From positions 1-26,108 of the forward strand of contig JBQLZK010000078.1 of NCBI GenBank assembly GCA_052168235.1: a stretch of 26,108 nucleotides of DNA, read 5' to 3'. The notes beneath the pieces were generated by a model. The model was not told where the DNA came from. It was given only the letters and a program-made list of their open reading frames with translations, and searched no databases. This document shows positions 1-8,693 of the stretch, one piece after another. Source of the DNA: Thainema sp. (GTDB lineage: Bacteria > Cyanobacteriota > Cyanobacteriia > Phormidesmidales > Phormidesmidaceae). The position numbers were made by a program, and so were the translations under genes. Numbering within the stretch: position 1 is the first letter of the stretch; the number at the start of each line of letters is the position of its first letter.

Positions 1-529
1 GCTGGATTTGGACTTAGCACTCTCAAGTCTCTATTTAGAATGCAATAGCCCTGACTCTGTGCAGGTAAGAACCATCAGCAAGCGTTGTCCCATGCTGGTT
101 TCACTCAGTGTTCTTGATTTTGGATATTACTTTAGGCTGATTTTTTATATTCACAATTATCGTAGCAAATTGACATCTAAAAATTGAGATGAATGGATTG
201 GCTACTTGCTTGGCCATAAAATTGAAACGGGTTCAATAAATAATTGGCTTTATTTAATTAAGTTCACGCTATGTCGTTTAATTAGTTAAACATTAAGAGA
301 ATCACAAGAAGATGCAACATAATGATTGCAATGATTAATTTTTGAAGCTTTGGGTATCCCCTCCCCCCGCATTTACCAGCCTAAAATCTAGTGATAGCGT
401 TATCAAGATAGTGATGGAATTCCCGCAAGATTGGGAAGCACTGATAGTTTCTTGTCTGCTTTTTACTTGGGTTTTCACCGCAGCCATCTCAAAAAGCAGT
501 TACGTTGTCTTTAATATTTAGGATGAATT

Positions 530-1438
530 ATGACTAGACTAAATGCTTTAGTGCTAGTAGGAGTAGTTAGCCTAGCGCCGGGTCTCTTGCTGGGTTGTGC
601 AAGCCAAACATCAGAAGGAGACGGTGCAGAAGACACCACAGCTGCCGATGTGTCTAGTGCAGCAGATCCGTCAGAGAGTGCGACAGAGGCTGGCGAAACG
701 AGCGGCACGGGTACACTACTGGTGCGGGCTAATGGCGAAGACTTTGTGCGCCAGGGATTTACGACCAAGGACGGATGGGAAATTAGCTTTGATAATGTCT
801 ACGTCAATTTGGCTGATGTGAAAGCGTATCAAACCGATCCCCCCTACGATCCGAGTATGGGAGCAGAATTGAAGGCACAAGAAACAGTGGATGTGGCTGC
901 TGCGCAAACTGTCGATTTGGCCGCAGGTGATGAGAACGCCGATCCAATCTTAGTGGCTGAACTGCCCAATGTACCTGCGGGTCGCTACAACGCCATTTCT
1001 TGGCAAATGAGTCCGGCAACCGACGGGCCAGCCGCAGGTTATACGTTGGTAATGGACGGGACAGCTCAAAAAGATGGGCAAACCGTTGACTTCGTCATTA
1101 ACTCGGCACAGACGATGGCCTATACCTGCGGGGAATATGTCGGCGACCAGCGCAAGGGCATTCTGTCGGATGGGGAACAAGCTGATTTGGAGGCAACGTT
1201 CCACTTCGACCATATTTTCGGTGATGGTGAGGCACCCAGCGATGATCCGATTAATACCGGAGCATTGGGATTTGAGCCATTGGCAGCGCTGGCCGAGAAT
1301 GGGCAGCTAGAAACTGATTTGGAGCAACTCCAGTCGTCCCTCTCTGCCGAAGAGTACGCAACGCTGGAAGAAGCGATGCAGGGCTTGGCTCACGTGGGTG
1401 AAGGGCACTGTGAGCAAACGTCAGCTCCAACGACTTAA
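530..1438 (+). CDS. Periplasmic lipoprotein associated with Ni/Co ECF transporter (DUF4382-like)
   Basis: 302-aa ORF; signal peptide with lipobox LLGC, acidic linker, His-containing motifs HFDHIFGD and HVGEGHC; AGGA upstream of the ATG; lies upstream of cbiMQO. Family name is from recall, not a search. Confidence 0.75.
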   Translation: MTRLNALVLVGVVSLAPGLLLGCASQTSEGDGAEDTTAADVSSAADPSESATEAGETSGTGTLLVRANGEDFVRQGFTTKDGWEISFDNVYVNLADVKAYQTDPPYDPSMGAELKAQETVDVAAAQTVDLAAGDENADPILVAELPNVPAGRYNAISWQMSPATDGPAAGYTLVMDGTAQKDGQTVDFVINSAQTMAYTCGEYVGDQRKGILSDGEQADLEATFHFDHIFGDGEAPSDDPINTGALGFEPLAALAENGQLETDLEQLQSSLSAEEYATLEEAMQGLAHVGEGHCEQTSAPTT

Positions 1439-1875
1439 ACGCTATAGTTAGACGCCACAGGAGGAAACACGAACTGAAGCCTGAATTAAAGGCGCTGGAT
1501 GAGGTGCGATCGCACCTTGTCACAGCCCTATTAGCTCTACCTGATAAGTCTCTATGCCTATTATTGAGATCTAAGATTAATCAGACTCTAATTCTACTGA
1601 TTTAATTTATGCCTCTAAAGCAATCTCAAAGGATAGAGAAGATCACGCCCAAAAGCATTTAATCTAGATGTTCAGTTCGTGTTCATCAATCTCTCACAGA
1701 TTGCACATAAACGGTCTACTTCTTTTCACCTATTTTATCTAGATAGATGGCTGCAAGTATTCAGTCTATGTGCTCAATCTAAACCTCTAACTCACCTCTT
1801 TGTCACACTTAAAATTACAGCCTAGAACTATTTAGACCTGTAATTTGCCTCTTAATTCACCCATCCAACGTTCAC

Positions 1876-2379
1876 GTGTTACAGAACATCAGACCATCAA
1901 AATATATGGCTTCAGCATTTTGGGCATCCGGATTGCCAACTGCATTACTGCTAACATTTGGCTGGCAGGCCGCTAGTCAAGCCCACGGTGTCGTTATCGA
2001 TTACACTCCCGTTTCGGCAGTTCAGCTCACTGCCACCTATGACAACGGTGACCCGATGGCAGAAGCGCAGGTCAATGTCTATGCACCTGAGAATCCTGCT
2101 GAAGCGTGGTTGACGGGACAAACCGACGAGCGAGGCCAGTTCATCTTCACGCCCGACGCAGCCCAAGCTGGTAACTGGGAAGTACAGGTGCGTCAGGCGG
2201 GACATGGTGATATTGTCAATATTCCGGTCAACACAGAAGCCGATGGCTCTGTTCAGGTTACCGATGCGATCGCAAAACGCACCAGCAATGGCTACAGCAC
2301 TCCGCAGATTGTGCTGATGGGAGCTGCTGGTATTTGGGGATTTGTGGGTACGGCACTGTTCTTTTCGCGAGAGAAATAA
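1876..2379 (+). CDS. NikL/CbiL-like accessory protein (carboxypeptidase-regulatory-like domain, C-terminal TM helix); ATG at 1906 is an alternative start
   Basis: Signal peptide ending ASQA-H, motifs YDNGDPM, GQTDERGQF, GNWEVQVRQAGHG, C-terminal hydrophobic helix; stop codon directly abuts the cbiM ATG (TAAATG). Confidence 0.8.
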   Translation: MLQNIRPSKYMASAFWASGLPTALLLTFGWQAASQAHGVVIDYTPVSAVQLTATYDNGDPMAEAQVNVYAPENPAEAWLTGQTDERGQFIFTPDAAQAGNWEVQVRQAGHGDIVNIPVNTEADGSVQVTDAIAKRTSNGYSTPQIVLMGAAGIWGFVGTALFFSREK

Positions 2380-3021
2380 ATGCATTTGCCTGATGGATTT
2401 TTGCCTGCGCCAGTTGCGATCGCAGGTTATGCAGCAACCGGGTTCGTCACCTGGTATTCGCTGCGTAAAATCAAACAGTCCCCCAATCCCCAAGCCCAAG
2501 TGCCCAAGGCATCGCTACTCACAGCCGCATTTTTCGTAGCCTCTTGGATTCATGTCCCCGTCCCCCCCACCAGCGTTCACCTAATTTTGAACGGTCTATT
2601 GGGTACGCTACTGGGCTATTTTGCCTTTCCAGCCATCCTGATTGGACTGTTCTTTCAGGCCATTATGTTTCAGCACGGCGGCCTCTCCACACTGGGCGTC
2701 AACGCGATCATGATGGGCGTGCCAGCCCTTGTGGCCTACCACGTTTTTCAACTGCGCCACCTGTTCAAGCGCAGCAATCGCGTCTTATTAGCCACATTTG
2801 GCTTTTTGGCGGGAGCAATTGGGTTAGGTTTAGCCGCTCTTATCTTCTTTGCGCTACTCATGACAAACTTGCCCGCCGATCTCGATAGAGTAACGGAAGG
2901 CCAAGCTGTTTACGCTCTGACGCTGGCTCACATTCCGCTGATGGTCGTTGAAGGATTTTTTACCGCTTTACTCGTGCTGTTCTTCCATCAGGTGAAGCCC
3001 GAGTTACTGGAGGTCAAATAG
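2380..3021 (+). CDS. cbiM: ECF-type cobalt/nickel transporter substrate-binding membrane component CbiM/NikM
   Basis: N-terminal metal-binding MHLPDG, motifs PPTSVHL and FQHGGLSTLGVN, multiple TM segments. Confidence 0.93.
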   Translation: MHLPDGFLPAPVAIAGYAATGFVTWYSLRKIKQSPNPQAQVPKASLLTAAFFVASWIHVPVPPTSVHLILNGLLGTLLGYFAFPAILIGLFFQAIMFQHGGLSTLGVNAIMMGVPALVAYHVFQLRHLFKRSNRVLLATFGFLAGAIGLGLAALIFFALLMTNLPADLDRVTEGQAVYALTLAHIPLMVVEGFFTALLVLFFHQVKPELLEVK

Positions 3022-3026
3022 AACCA

Positions 3027-3788
3027 ATGAGACTGCGTTTAGACGACTATGCCCACCTCGATTCGCCGCTGCACCGTTGGGAACCGCGATATAAGCTAAT
3101 TGGCTTAGCGGCTCTGATTATCGCTTTTTCGAGTGTCCAGAATCTGTGGCTATTGCCAGCCATGCTGATTGTGACGGGGTTTCTATATTGGCTGTCGCGT
3201 TTGCCGGGATCGTTTTTGATTGAGCGGCTGAAGCTACCGGGCTTTTTTCTGTTGGGCATCGCCATCATGCTGCCGTTCTTCGCAGGGGATACCGTCTTAG
3301 TTCAGCTTGGCCCGCTAGCTATTCGCGAAGAGGGGGTTCTGTCGCTGATTCTGATTGCCACGCGGTTTCTGTGCATTTTGACCATCGGTATTATTCTGTT
3401 TGGCACCGTGCCCTTTATCCGCAACATTCGCGCAATGCGATCGCTCGGTCTTCCCTCTCTTCTCGCCGATATGGTGCTGCTGTCCTACCGCTATATTTAC
3501 GAAATTGGCGACTATCTTGGCACGATGCGGACAGCGATGAGATTACGGGGATTTCAGGCCCATCGCTTTAGTTTCCACAATCTAAAAATGCTGGCTTCTC
3601 TAATCGGCAGCTTACTGATTCGCAGCTATGAACAGTCCGAACAAGTCTATAAAGCGATGACGCTGCGGGGCTACGGGCAACCGCAGATGGCGCGGGTTGA
3701 GCAGTCGGCCCAAACCCAGGATTGGATAGCGCTGGTGGGAATTTGTGCGATCGCAGTTGGCTTTATTAGTGCAGAGCTATTTCTTTAA
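3027..3788 (+). CDS. cbiQ: ECF transporter T component CbiQ/NikQ
   Basis: DSPLHRWEPRYKL N-terminus, LSYRYI, AMRLRG and AMTLRGY Arg motifs; 5 bp after cbiM. Confidence 0.93.
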   Translation: MRLRLDDYAHLDSPLHRWEPRYKLIGLAALIIAFSSVQNLWLLPAMLIVTGFLYWLSRLPGSFLIERLKLPGFFLLGIAIMLPFFAGDTVLVQLGPLAIREEGVLSLILIATRFLCILTIGIILFGTVPFIRNIRAMRSLGLPSLLADMVLLSYRYIYEIGDYLGTMRTAMRLRGFQAHRFSFHNLKMLASLIGSLLIRSYEQSEQVYKAMTLRGYGQPQMARVEQSAQTQDWIALVGICAIAVGFISAELFL

Positions 3789-3791
3789 GTA

Positions 3792-3816
3792 ATTTTGGAT
3801 TTTGGATTTTGGATTT
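3792..3816 (+). repeat. Heptamer tandem repeat (ATTTTGG)x3.5, STRR-like
   Basis: attttgg attttgg attttgg attt immediately after the cbiQ stop. Confidence 0.8.
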
Positions 3817-3933
3817 AATACTTTAGATTTACGCTTTTATAACGAAATAACCCTGAATACTCTCTTAAGGTAGGCATTAAGCACTCAAATTTTCGCTACT
3901 ACTAATTATTACGTCCTCTTGGATCTCCCTGCT

Positions 3934-4707
3934 ATGCAATTTCAGGTTCAAACTTCGCCTCAGACCACGACACAAAGCGTGATGCAAATCAGCGGCTTGT
4001 GCTATTCCTATCCCGATTGTCCCAACGTTTTGCAGAACGTTAGTCTCTACATAAAAGCGGGCGAACGTGTGGGCATTGTCGGGCCAAATGGTGCGGGCAA
4101 AACAACGCTGTTTTTGTCCATGTGCGGCGTATTGGAACCGAGTAGCGGTGAGATTATGCTGTTTGATCGACCCGTGCGCCCCAACGAATTTCGGCCTGAA
4201 CTGGGCTTCGTGTTTCAAAATCCTGCCGATCAGCTTTTTTCGCTGTCGGTACGAGACGATATTGCCTTTGGCCCGATGAATATGGGACTGTCAGAACCGG
4301 ACATTGAAGCGAGAGTTCATCGCGCTCTGACGCTGACTGGACTGCTTGAACTTGCGGATCGTCCACCGCATCACCTATCTGGTGGACAGCGCCGCATGGT
4401 GGCCATTGCCAGTGTCCTGGCCATGCAGCCGCAACTGGTGATCTACGACGAACCCAGCGCCAATCTGGATATTCGCGCCCGCCGCCGCCTGATTCAGTTT
4501 TTGCAAAATTCTGAAGAAACGCTGCTGGTTTCCTCTCACGATCTCGAACTGGTACGCGAGGTTTGCGATCGCATTATCGTCCTCGACGAAGGCCGCATCA
4601 TCACCGAAGGCGAAACTGACGAGATTATGAGTAACGAAGAATTAATGGAAACTCACGGACTGGAAGTTCCCCACTCTCTCCGCTTCCACCGCGATCAGCA
4701 TCATTAA
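3934..4707 (+). CDS. cbiO: ECF transporter ATPase CbiO/NikO (start uncertain: TTG 3919, ATG 3934 or ATG 3982)
   Basis: Walker A GPNGAGKT, Q-loop FQNPADQLF, signature LSGGQ, Walker B IYDEP, SHD. Confidence 0.92.
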   Translation: MQFQVQTSPQTTTQSVMQISGLCYSYPDCPNVLQNVSLYIKAGERVGIVGPNGAGKTTLFLSMCGVLEPSSGEIMLFDRPVRPNEFRPELGFVFQNPADQLFSLSVRDDIAFGPMNMGLSEPDIEARVHRALTLTGLLELADRPPHHLSGGQRRMVAIASVLAMQPQLVIYDEPSANLDIRARRRLIQFLQNSEETLLVSSHDLELVREVCDRIIVLDEGRIITEGETDEIMSNEELMETHGLEVPHSLRFHRDQHH

Positions 4708-4861
4708 ATGGCGACTTCTCACACTGAATCTCACACTGATCGGTTGCGGCTACATCCCCAAATGCAAACGGATGTGACAATGTTCGCAGCGATCAATACC
4801 GTTGTACTGTTGTCTGAAATAATGGATAAATAGCGCGATCGCACCCTAAATCTCCACTATT

Positions 4862-5719
4862 TTGGCTCTCTCTACCTCTCCCACCCCAACGGTTTCTACA
4901 ATTCCGCCCCAGCCCTTTCTGAAATGGGCTGGCGGCAAAGGTCGCCTACTACCGCAGTACGAAGCGTTTTTCCCAATAGACTACACCACATATCACGAGC
5001 CATTCTTGGGTGGGGGAGCGGTATTTTTTCATCTCCAGCCCCCCCAGGCCATTCTCAGCGACGTTAATCCCGCCTTGGTCAACGTCTACCGCTGCATCCG
5101 CGATCAGGTAGACGCTGTGATTGAACGCCTCGCCGAGCATCAACAGCAGCATAGTAAAGAACACTATTATCAAGTGCGATCGCAACACAGCGGCTCCGAT
5201 ATCGACCAAGCCGCTCGTCTGCTTTACCTCAACAAAACCTGCTTCAACGGTTTGTATCGGGAAAATTCCAGAGGCGAATTTAACGTCCCTATCGGTCGCT
5301 ACAAAAATCCCACCATCTGCAATCCGACCTTACTCCGTGCAGCTTCTCAGGCCCTGCAGCGAACTGAGATTCAGGAACAGTCATTTGAAGCAGTTTGCGA
5401 TCGCGCCCAGTCCGCCACCGATTTTGTCTATTTCGATCCGCCTTATCACCCCATCAGCACCACCAGCCGCTTCACCTCCTACAGTCGCTACTCATTCCAC
5501 GTTGAAGAACAAATTCGCCTGCGCGATGTCTTCGCCGAACTCGCCCAGCGCGGCGTCCAGGTCATGCTCTCCAACTCTGACTGCGACTTTATTCGCGATT
5601 TATATCAGGGCTTCGAAATCCACACCATCTGGGCCGCCCGCATGATCAACTCCAACGCCCGCCGCCGCGGCAAAATCCGCGAAGTCCTCGTCACCTCATA
5701 CCCAATTGCCCAACCCTAA
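4862..5719 (+). CDS. dam: Dam-family (D12 class) N6-adenine DNA methyltransferase, probably GATC-specific; no partner endonuclease in window
   Basis: PFLKWAGGK, motif I EPFLGGGAVF, YLNKTCFNGLYRENSRGEFNVP, motif IV DPPY, MLSNS; TTG start. Confidence 0.9.
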   Translation: MALSTSPTPTVSTIPPQPFLKWAGGKGRLLPQYEAFFPIDYTTYHEPFLGGGAVFFHLQPPQAILSDVNPALVNVYRCIRDQVDAVIERLAEHQQQHSKEHYYQVRSQHSGSDIDQAARLLYLNKTCFNGLYRENSRGEFNVPIGRYKNPTICNPTLLRAASQALQRTEIQEQSFEAVCDRAQSATDFVYFDPPYHPISTTSRFTSYSRYSFHVEEQIRLRDVFAELAQRGVQVMLSNSDCDFIRDLYQGFEIHTIWAARMINSNARRRGKIREVLVTSYPIAQP

Positions 5720-5803
5720 TCGGTTACACATGCAGCACCCAAAAGTGAGACGAGGCGTGAGGCGTGCAGCGTGAGACGTAAGACCAATTCCATTTCCATC
5801 AGC

Positions 5804-5852
5804 CCCAGCACCCAGTACCTCGTATCCAGCACCCAGTACTTAGCACCTTGCA
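5804..5852 (+). repeat. Degenerate heptamer tandem repeat (consensus CCYAGYA) x7, preceded by a degenerate CGTGAGR run at about 5745-5784
   Basis: cccagca cccagta cctcgta tccagca cccagta cttagca ccttgca. Confidence 0.75.
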
Positions 5853-5978
5853 TCCCGCCCTACAAGATCGCAAATTTCTTCGGAATTAATCAAGAGACTA
5901 GATCCAGAATCGCTAGAATAGAAATCACTAGTCCGCTCTGCTAGCGGCCCAATTGCAGACGTTTTTGACCATTGCCCT

Positions 5979-7145
5979 ATGACATCAGCCGTTACTTCTC
6001 AGTCCACGCCTAACATGGATGAATCTAAGCGGGGTTTACCCGTTACTATCATCACTGGATTTCTCGGCAGCGGCAAAACAACCCTGCTAAATCATATTCT
6101 GACCAATCAAGAAGGCTTGAAAACCGCCGTTCTGGTCAACGAGTTTGGTGAAATCGGCATTGATAATGACCTGCTCATTAAAACCAACGACGACATGGTG
6201 GAACTGAGCAACGGCTGCATTTGCTGCACCATCAATAACGACCTGATGGAAGCGGTATACAAAATCTTAGAGCGGCAAGATCAAATTGATTATCTAGTAG
6301 TTGAAACGACAGGAATTGCCGATCCGCTGCCGATTGCGCTCACATTCTTAGGTACAGAGCTGCGCGATCTGACTCGACTCGATTCCATCGTCACTGTCGT
6401 TGATGCCGAAAACTTCAGCATTGACTTATTCAATAGTCAGGCCGCCCAAAACCAAATCGCTTACGGCGATATCCTGCTGCTGAATAAAGTTGATCTGGTA
6501 GACGAAGCCGATGCCGATCTGCTAGAAACTCGACTCCGCGACATGAAGCCCGATGCCCGGATCATTCGCACCTCTCAGTCACAAGTGCCCCTACCGCTGA
6601 TTCTCAGCGTTGGCCTGTTCGAGTCAGACAAATACTTCGGCGCGGACTCAGCCGACGCGCATGATCACGAGCATCATGATCACGAGCACGGCCACGATCA
6701 CGATCATTCAGCTCATGCTGACGATGCCCACGCGCATGATCATCACGACCATGATCACCATGATTGCGGCCACGACCATGATCACGAACATCACCATCAC
6801 CACTCGAATCACCTAGAGCAGGACGGATTCACATCGGTGTCTTTCCAGACCGATAAGCCGCTAGCGATTCGGAAGTTCCAGCATTTTCTGGATAACCAGT
6901 TGCCGTCCACGGTATTCCGGGCCAAGGGGATTCTCTGGTTTGATGAAAGTCCCAAGCGTCATATCTTCCATCTCAGCGGCAAGCGCTTCTCCTTGGATGA
7001 TGATGAATGGGGCGATCGCACTCCTAGCAATCAACTTGTCCTCATCGGTCAAAACCTCGATCATGACCAGCTAAAGCGGCAGTTAGAGGACTGTGTCTGC
7101 AAAGTATCCAGCGCTAATCGCGGTAAGGGATTTGTGCGCGCGTAA
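5979..7145 (+). CDS. COG0523 (CobW-family, G3E) P-loop GTPase metallochaperone with His-rich insert
   Basis: Walker A GFLGSGKTT, NEFGEIGID, GCICC metal motif, ETTG, NKVD, His-rich tract, C-terminal FRAKG and LVLIG motifs. Confidence 0.93.
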   Translation: MTSAVTSQSTPNMDESKRGLPVTIITGFLGSGKTTLLNHILTNQEGLKTAVLVNEFGEIGIDNDLLIKTNDDMVELSNGCICCTINNDLMEAVYKILERQDQIDYLVVETTGIADPLPIALTFLGTELRDLTRLDSIVTVVDAENFSIDLFNSQAAQNQIAYGDILLLNKVDLVDEADADLLETRLRDMKPDARIIRTSQSQVPLPLILSVGLFESDKYFGADSADAHDHEHHDHEHGHDHDHSAHADDAHAHDHHDHDHHDCGHDHDHEHHHHHSNHLEQDGFTSVSFQTDKPLAIRKFQHFLDNQLPSTVFRAKGILWFDESPKRHIFHLSGKRFSLDDDEWGDRTPSNQLVLIGQNLDHDQLKRQLEDCVCKVSSANRGKGFVRA

Positions 7146-7184
7146 GTAGGTATAGGGTCAACGTAAACAGCAAGCTCAGGTTGA

Positions 7185-7421
7185 ATGGCGATTCAAGTTC
7201 ATTTTTTACCGGATGATGTCACTGTTGAAGCGGAGGCAGGTGAACCCCTGCTCCAGGTTGCAGAACGGGCTGGCATCTCAATCCCAACTGGCTGCTTGAT
7301 GGGTTCCTGTCACGCTTGCGAAGTTGAGATGAATGGCGAAGATGTTTGCTCCTGCATTACAGCAGTGCCAGAAGGTCGATCGCGAATCACGATCGACCTA
7401 TTTGTTGATCCAACCTGGTAA
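7185..7421 (+). CDS. Small 2Fe-2S ferredoxin-like protein
   Basis: C-x4-C-x2-C (CLMGSCHAC) plus distal VCSC; 39 bp after the COG0523 gene. Confidence 0.85.
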   Translation: MAIQVHFLPDDVTVEAEAGEPLLQVAERAGISIPTGCLMGSCHACEVEMNGEDVCSCITAVPEGRSRITIDLFVDPTW

Positions 7422-7796
7422 ATCCAACTTGGTAGACCAAACGCAGAGTTTGTCAACATCATCTAACAAAATCATCCCGCCAAGCAAAAAAGAATAGAGA
7501 GTATATATCTCAAGAGGCATATCGTAGGAACTATATCTTCCTACGATTAAGTCATTATGATTGAAAACGTCGAGTTCCTTATTTGGGGCCTTATTCTCAC
7601 AACGGACTCCCAATAAGCTCAACAAACCTGTTTTCCGTTTGTTTAAGAGTATCCGCAGGTGCATCGATCGCAGATAGTCAGTTCAAGCCAATTGCTGCAA
7701 TAGCGGGCCAAAGAGGCAAACAGCAGAGTTGTGCGTTTACCTAAAGTCTTGAACTGGACTGGATTTCAGATCTCAGTAACAGGACGGACACTAAAC

Positions 7797-8624
7797 ATGT
7801 ATTACCTAAAGTGGCTGCTTGCTTTGACTGTTGTAGGAACTGTCAGCACGGCTCTATCAGGTTGTCAGGACATCTCGGGAAATGAGCTGGTTACGTCAAT
7901 TGCTGAGTTGACGTTTGCCAACAATGACAAGCCAGAAGAGGAAGAATCAGCCGATTCGTCTTTTCCAGAAGTTTCAGCCCAAGTATTCGATAACACGCCG
8001 AACGGGGTGGTAAATGTGGTGATGGATGCCATCAACCACGGCGATGCAGCTACTTTGGCTAAATATATGGCAAAAAGTAGCGATGATCCGATTCAAGCAG
8101 CGGAAGCTGCGATCGCAGATTACCAAACCTACTTTCTCAACAGTCGCCTAGTTGGGTTTCAACCCATTGATGCTGCTGATGCCGCTGCCGCAACTGGAGC
8201 GGATAGCACATCGCGTTATGAACTAATCAGTGAAGCTGGCCTGACCAAAGAGATTACCGTTATTCAGCAAGCCGATCAGATTCAGGTATCGGATGAGTTT
8301 CTGGATTATTCAGGGATGGCAAAAGCGCGGATGTCCAGCTTTGTCGGAGCGCTCCAGAACCAGAATGCGGAACAACTTGCAGCCGCCTTGTCTACGCCTC
8401 AAGCGACCTATTCAACGGCCTGGGCTGAACGTGCGATCGCCCTGTACCAAGACCGGATGAATTTGGATACGTTGGCGTTTAAGTTTGTTGATCTAGAGCC
8501 CTTTACCCAGCAGTTTACCTATAGCGTTGTGTCTAAAACGCCTGAAGGCTATGAGCTTACTCATGATGTCACCGTCACCTTTGGTGATGGACAAGTTGAG
8601 ATCCAAGACTCGTGGATTCCCTGA
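7797..8624 (+). CDS. Hypothetical lipoprotein with two tandem ~115-aa repeats (ORF track start GTG 7731; ATG 7797 preferred)
   Basis: ATG 7797 gives a signal peptide with lipobox LSGC; internal duplication visible by eye. Confidence 0.7.
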   Translation: MYYLKWLLALTVVGTVSTALSGCQDISGNELVTSIAELTFANNDKPEEEESADSSFPEVSAQVFDNTPNGVVNVVMDAINHGDAATLAKYMAKSSDDPIQAAEAAIADYQTYFLNSRLVGFQPIDAADAAAATGADSTSRYELISEAGLTKEITVIQQADQIQVSDEFLDYSGMAKARMSSFVGALQNQNAEQLAAALSTPQATYSTAWAERAIALYQDRMNLDTLAFKFVDLEPFTQQFTYSVVSKTPEGYELTHDVTVTFGDGQVEIQDSWIP

Positions 8625-8660
8625 CGGGAGCAGGTTGCACCACTACATATCTCGTTCGAG

Positions 8661-8693
8661 TTTTACACCAACTGATGTTTTACACCAACTGAT
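8661..8693 (+). repeat. 16-bp direct repeat TTTTACACCAACTGAT x2 spanning the ABC ATPase stop codon
   Basis: Identical copies at 8661-8676 and 8678-8693. Confidence 0.85.

Noticed and set aside
170..198. Perfect TTGACA -35 hexamer
   Set aside because: No acceptable -10 element at 16-18 bp spacing.
1439..1875. Possible cobalamin or NiCo riboswitch, or sRNA, in the long gap before the L-M-Q-O genes
   Set aside because: No B12-box or other conserved riboswitch elements recognised by eye; only an extended HIP1 palindrome (1502-1517). An Infernal scan would be decisive.
1951..2499. 182-aa antisense ORF and the other overlapping short ORFs in the track (e.g. 5121-5645, 14525-15016)
   Set aside because: Shadow frames of well-supported genes with no protein motifs.
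4717..4739. 11-bp direct repeat TCTCACACTGA x2 after cbiO
   Set aside because: Real, but most simply a local slippage duplication; no function can be supported.
6610..6816. Alternative-frame ORF with MIT repeats, or a CRISPR-like periodicity
   Set aside because: By-product of His/Asp codon repeats in the COG0523 gene; no repeat-spacer array anywhere in the window.
7398..7664. 88-aa minus-strand ORF in an AT-rich gap
   Set aside because: No recognisable motif, overlaps the ferredoxin 3' end, composition looks intergenic.
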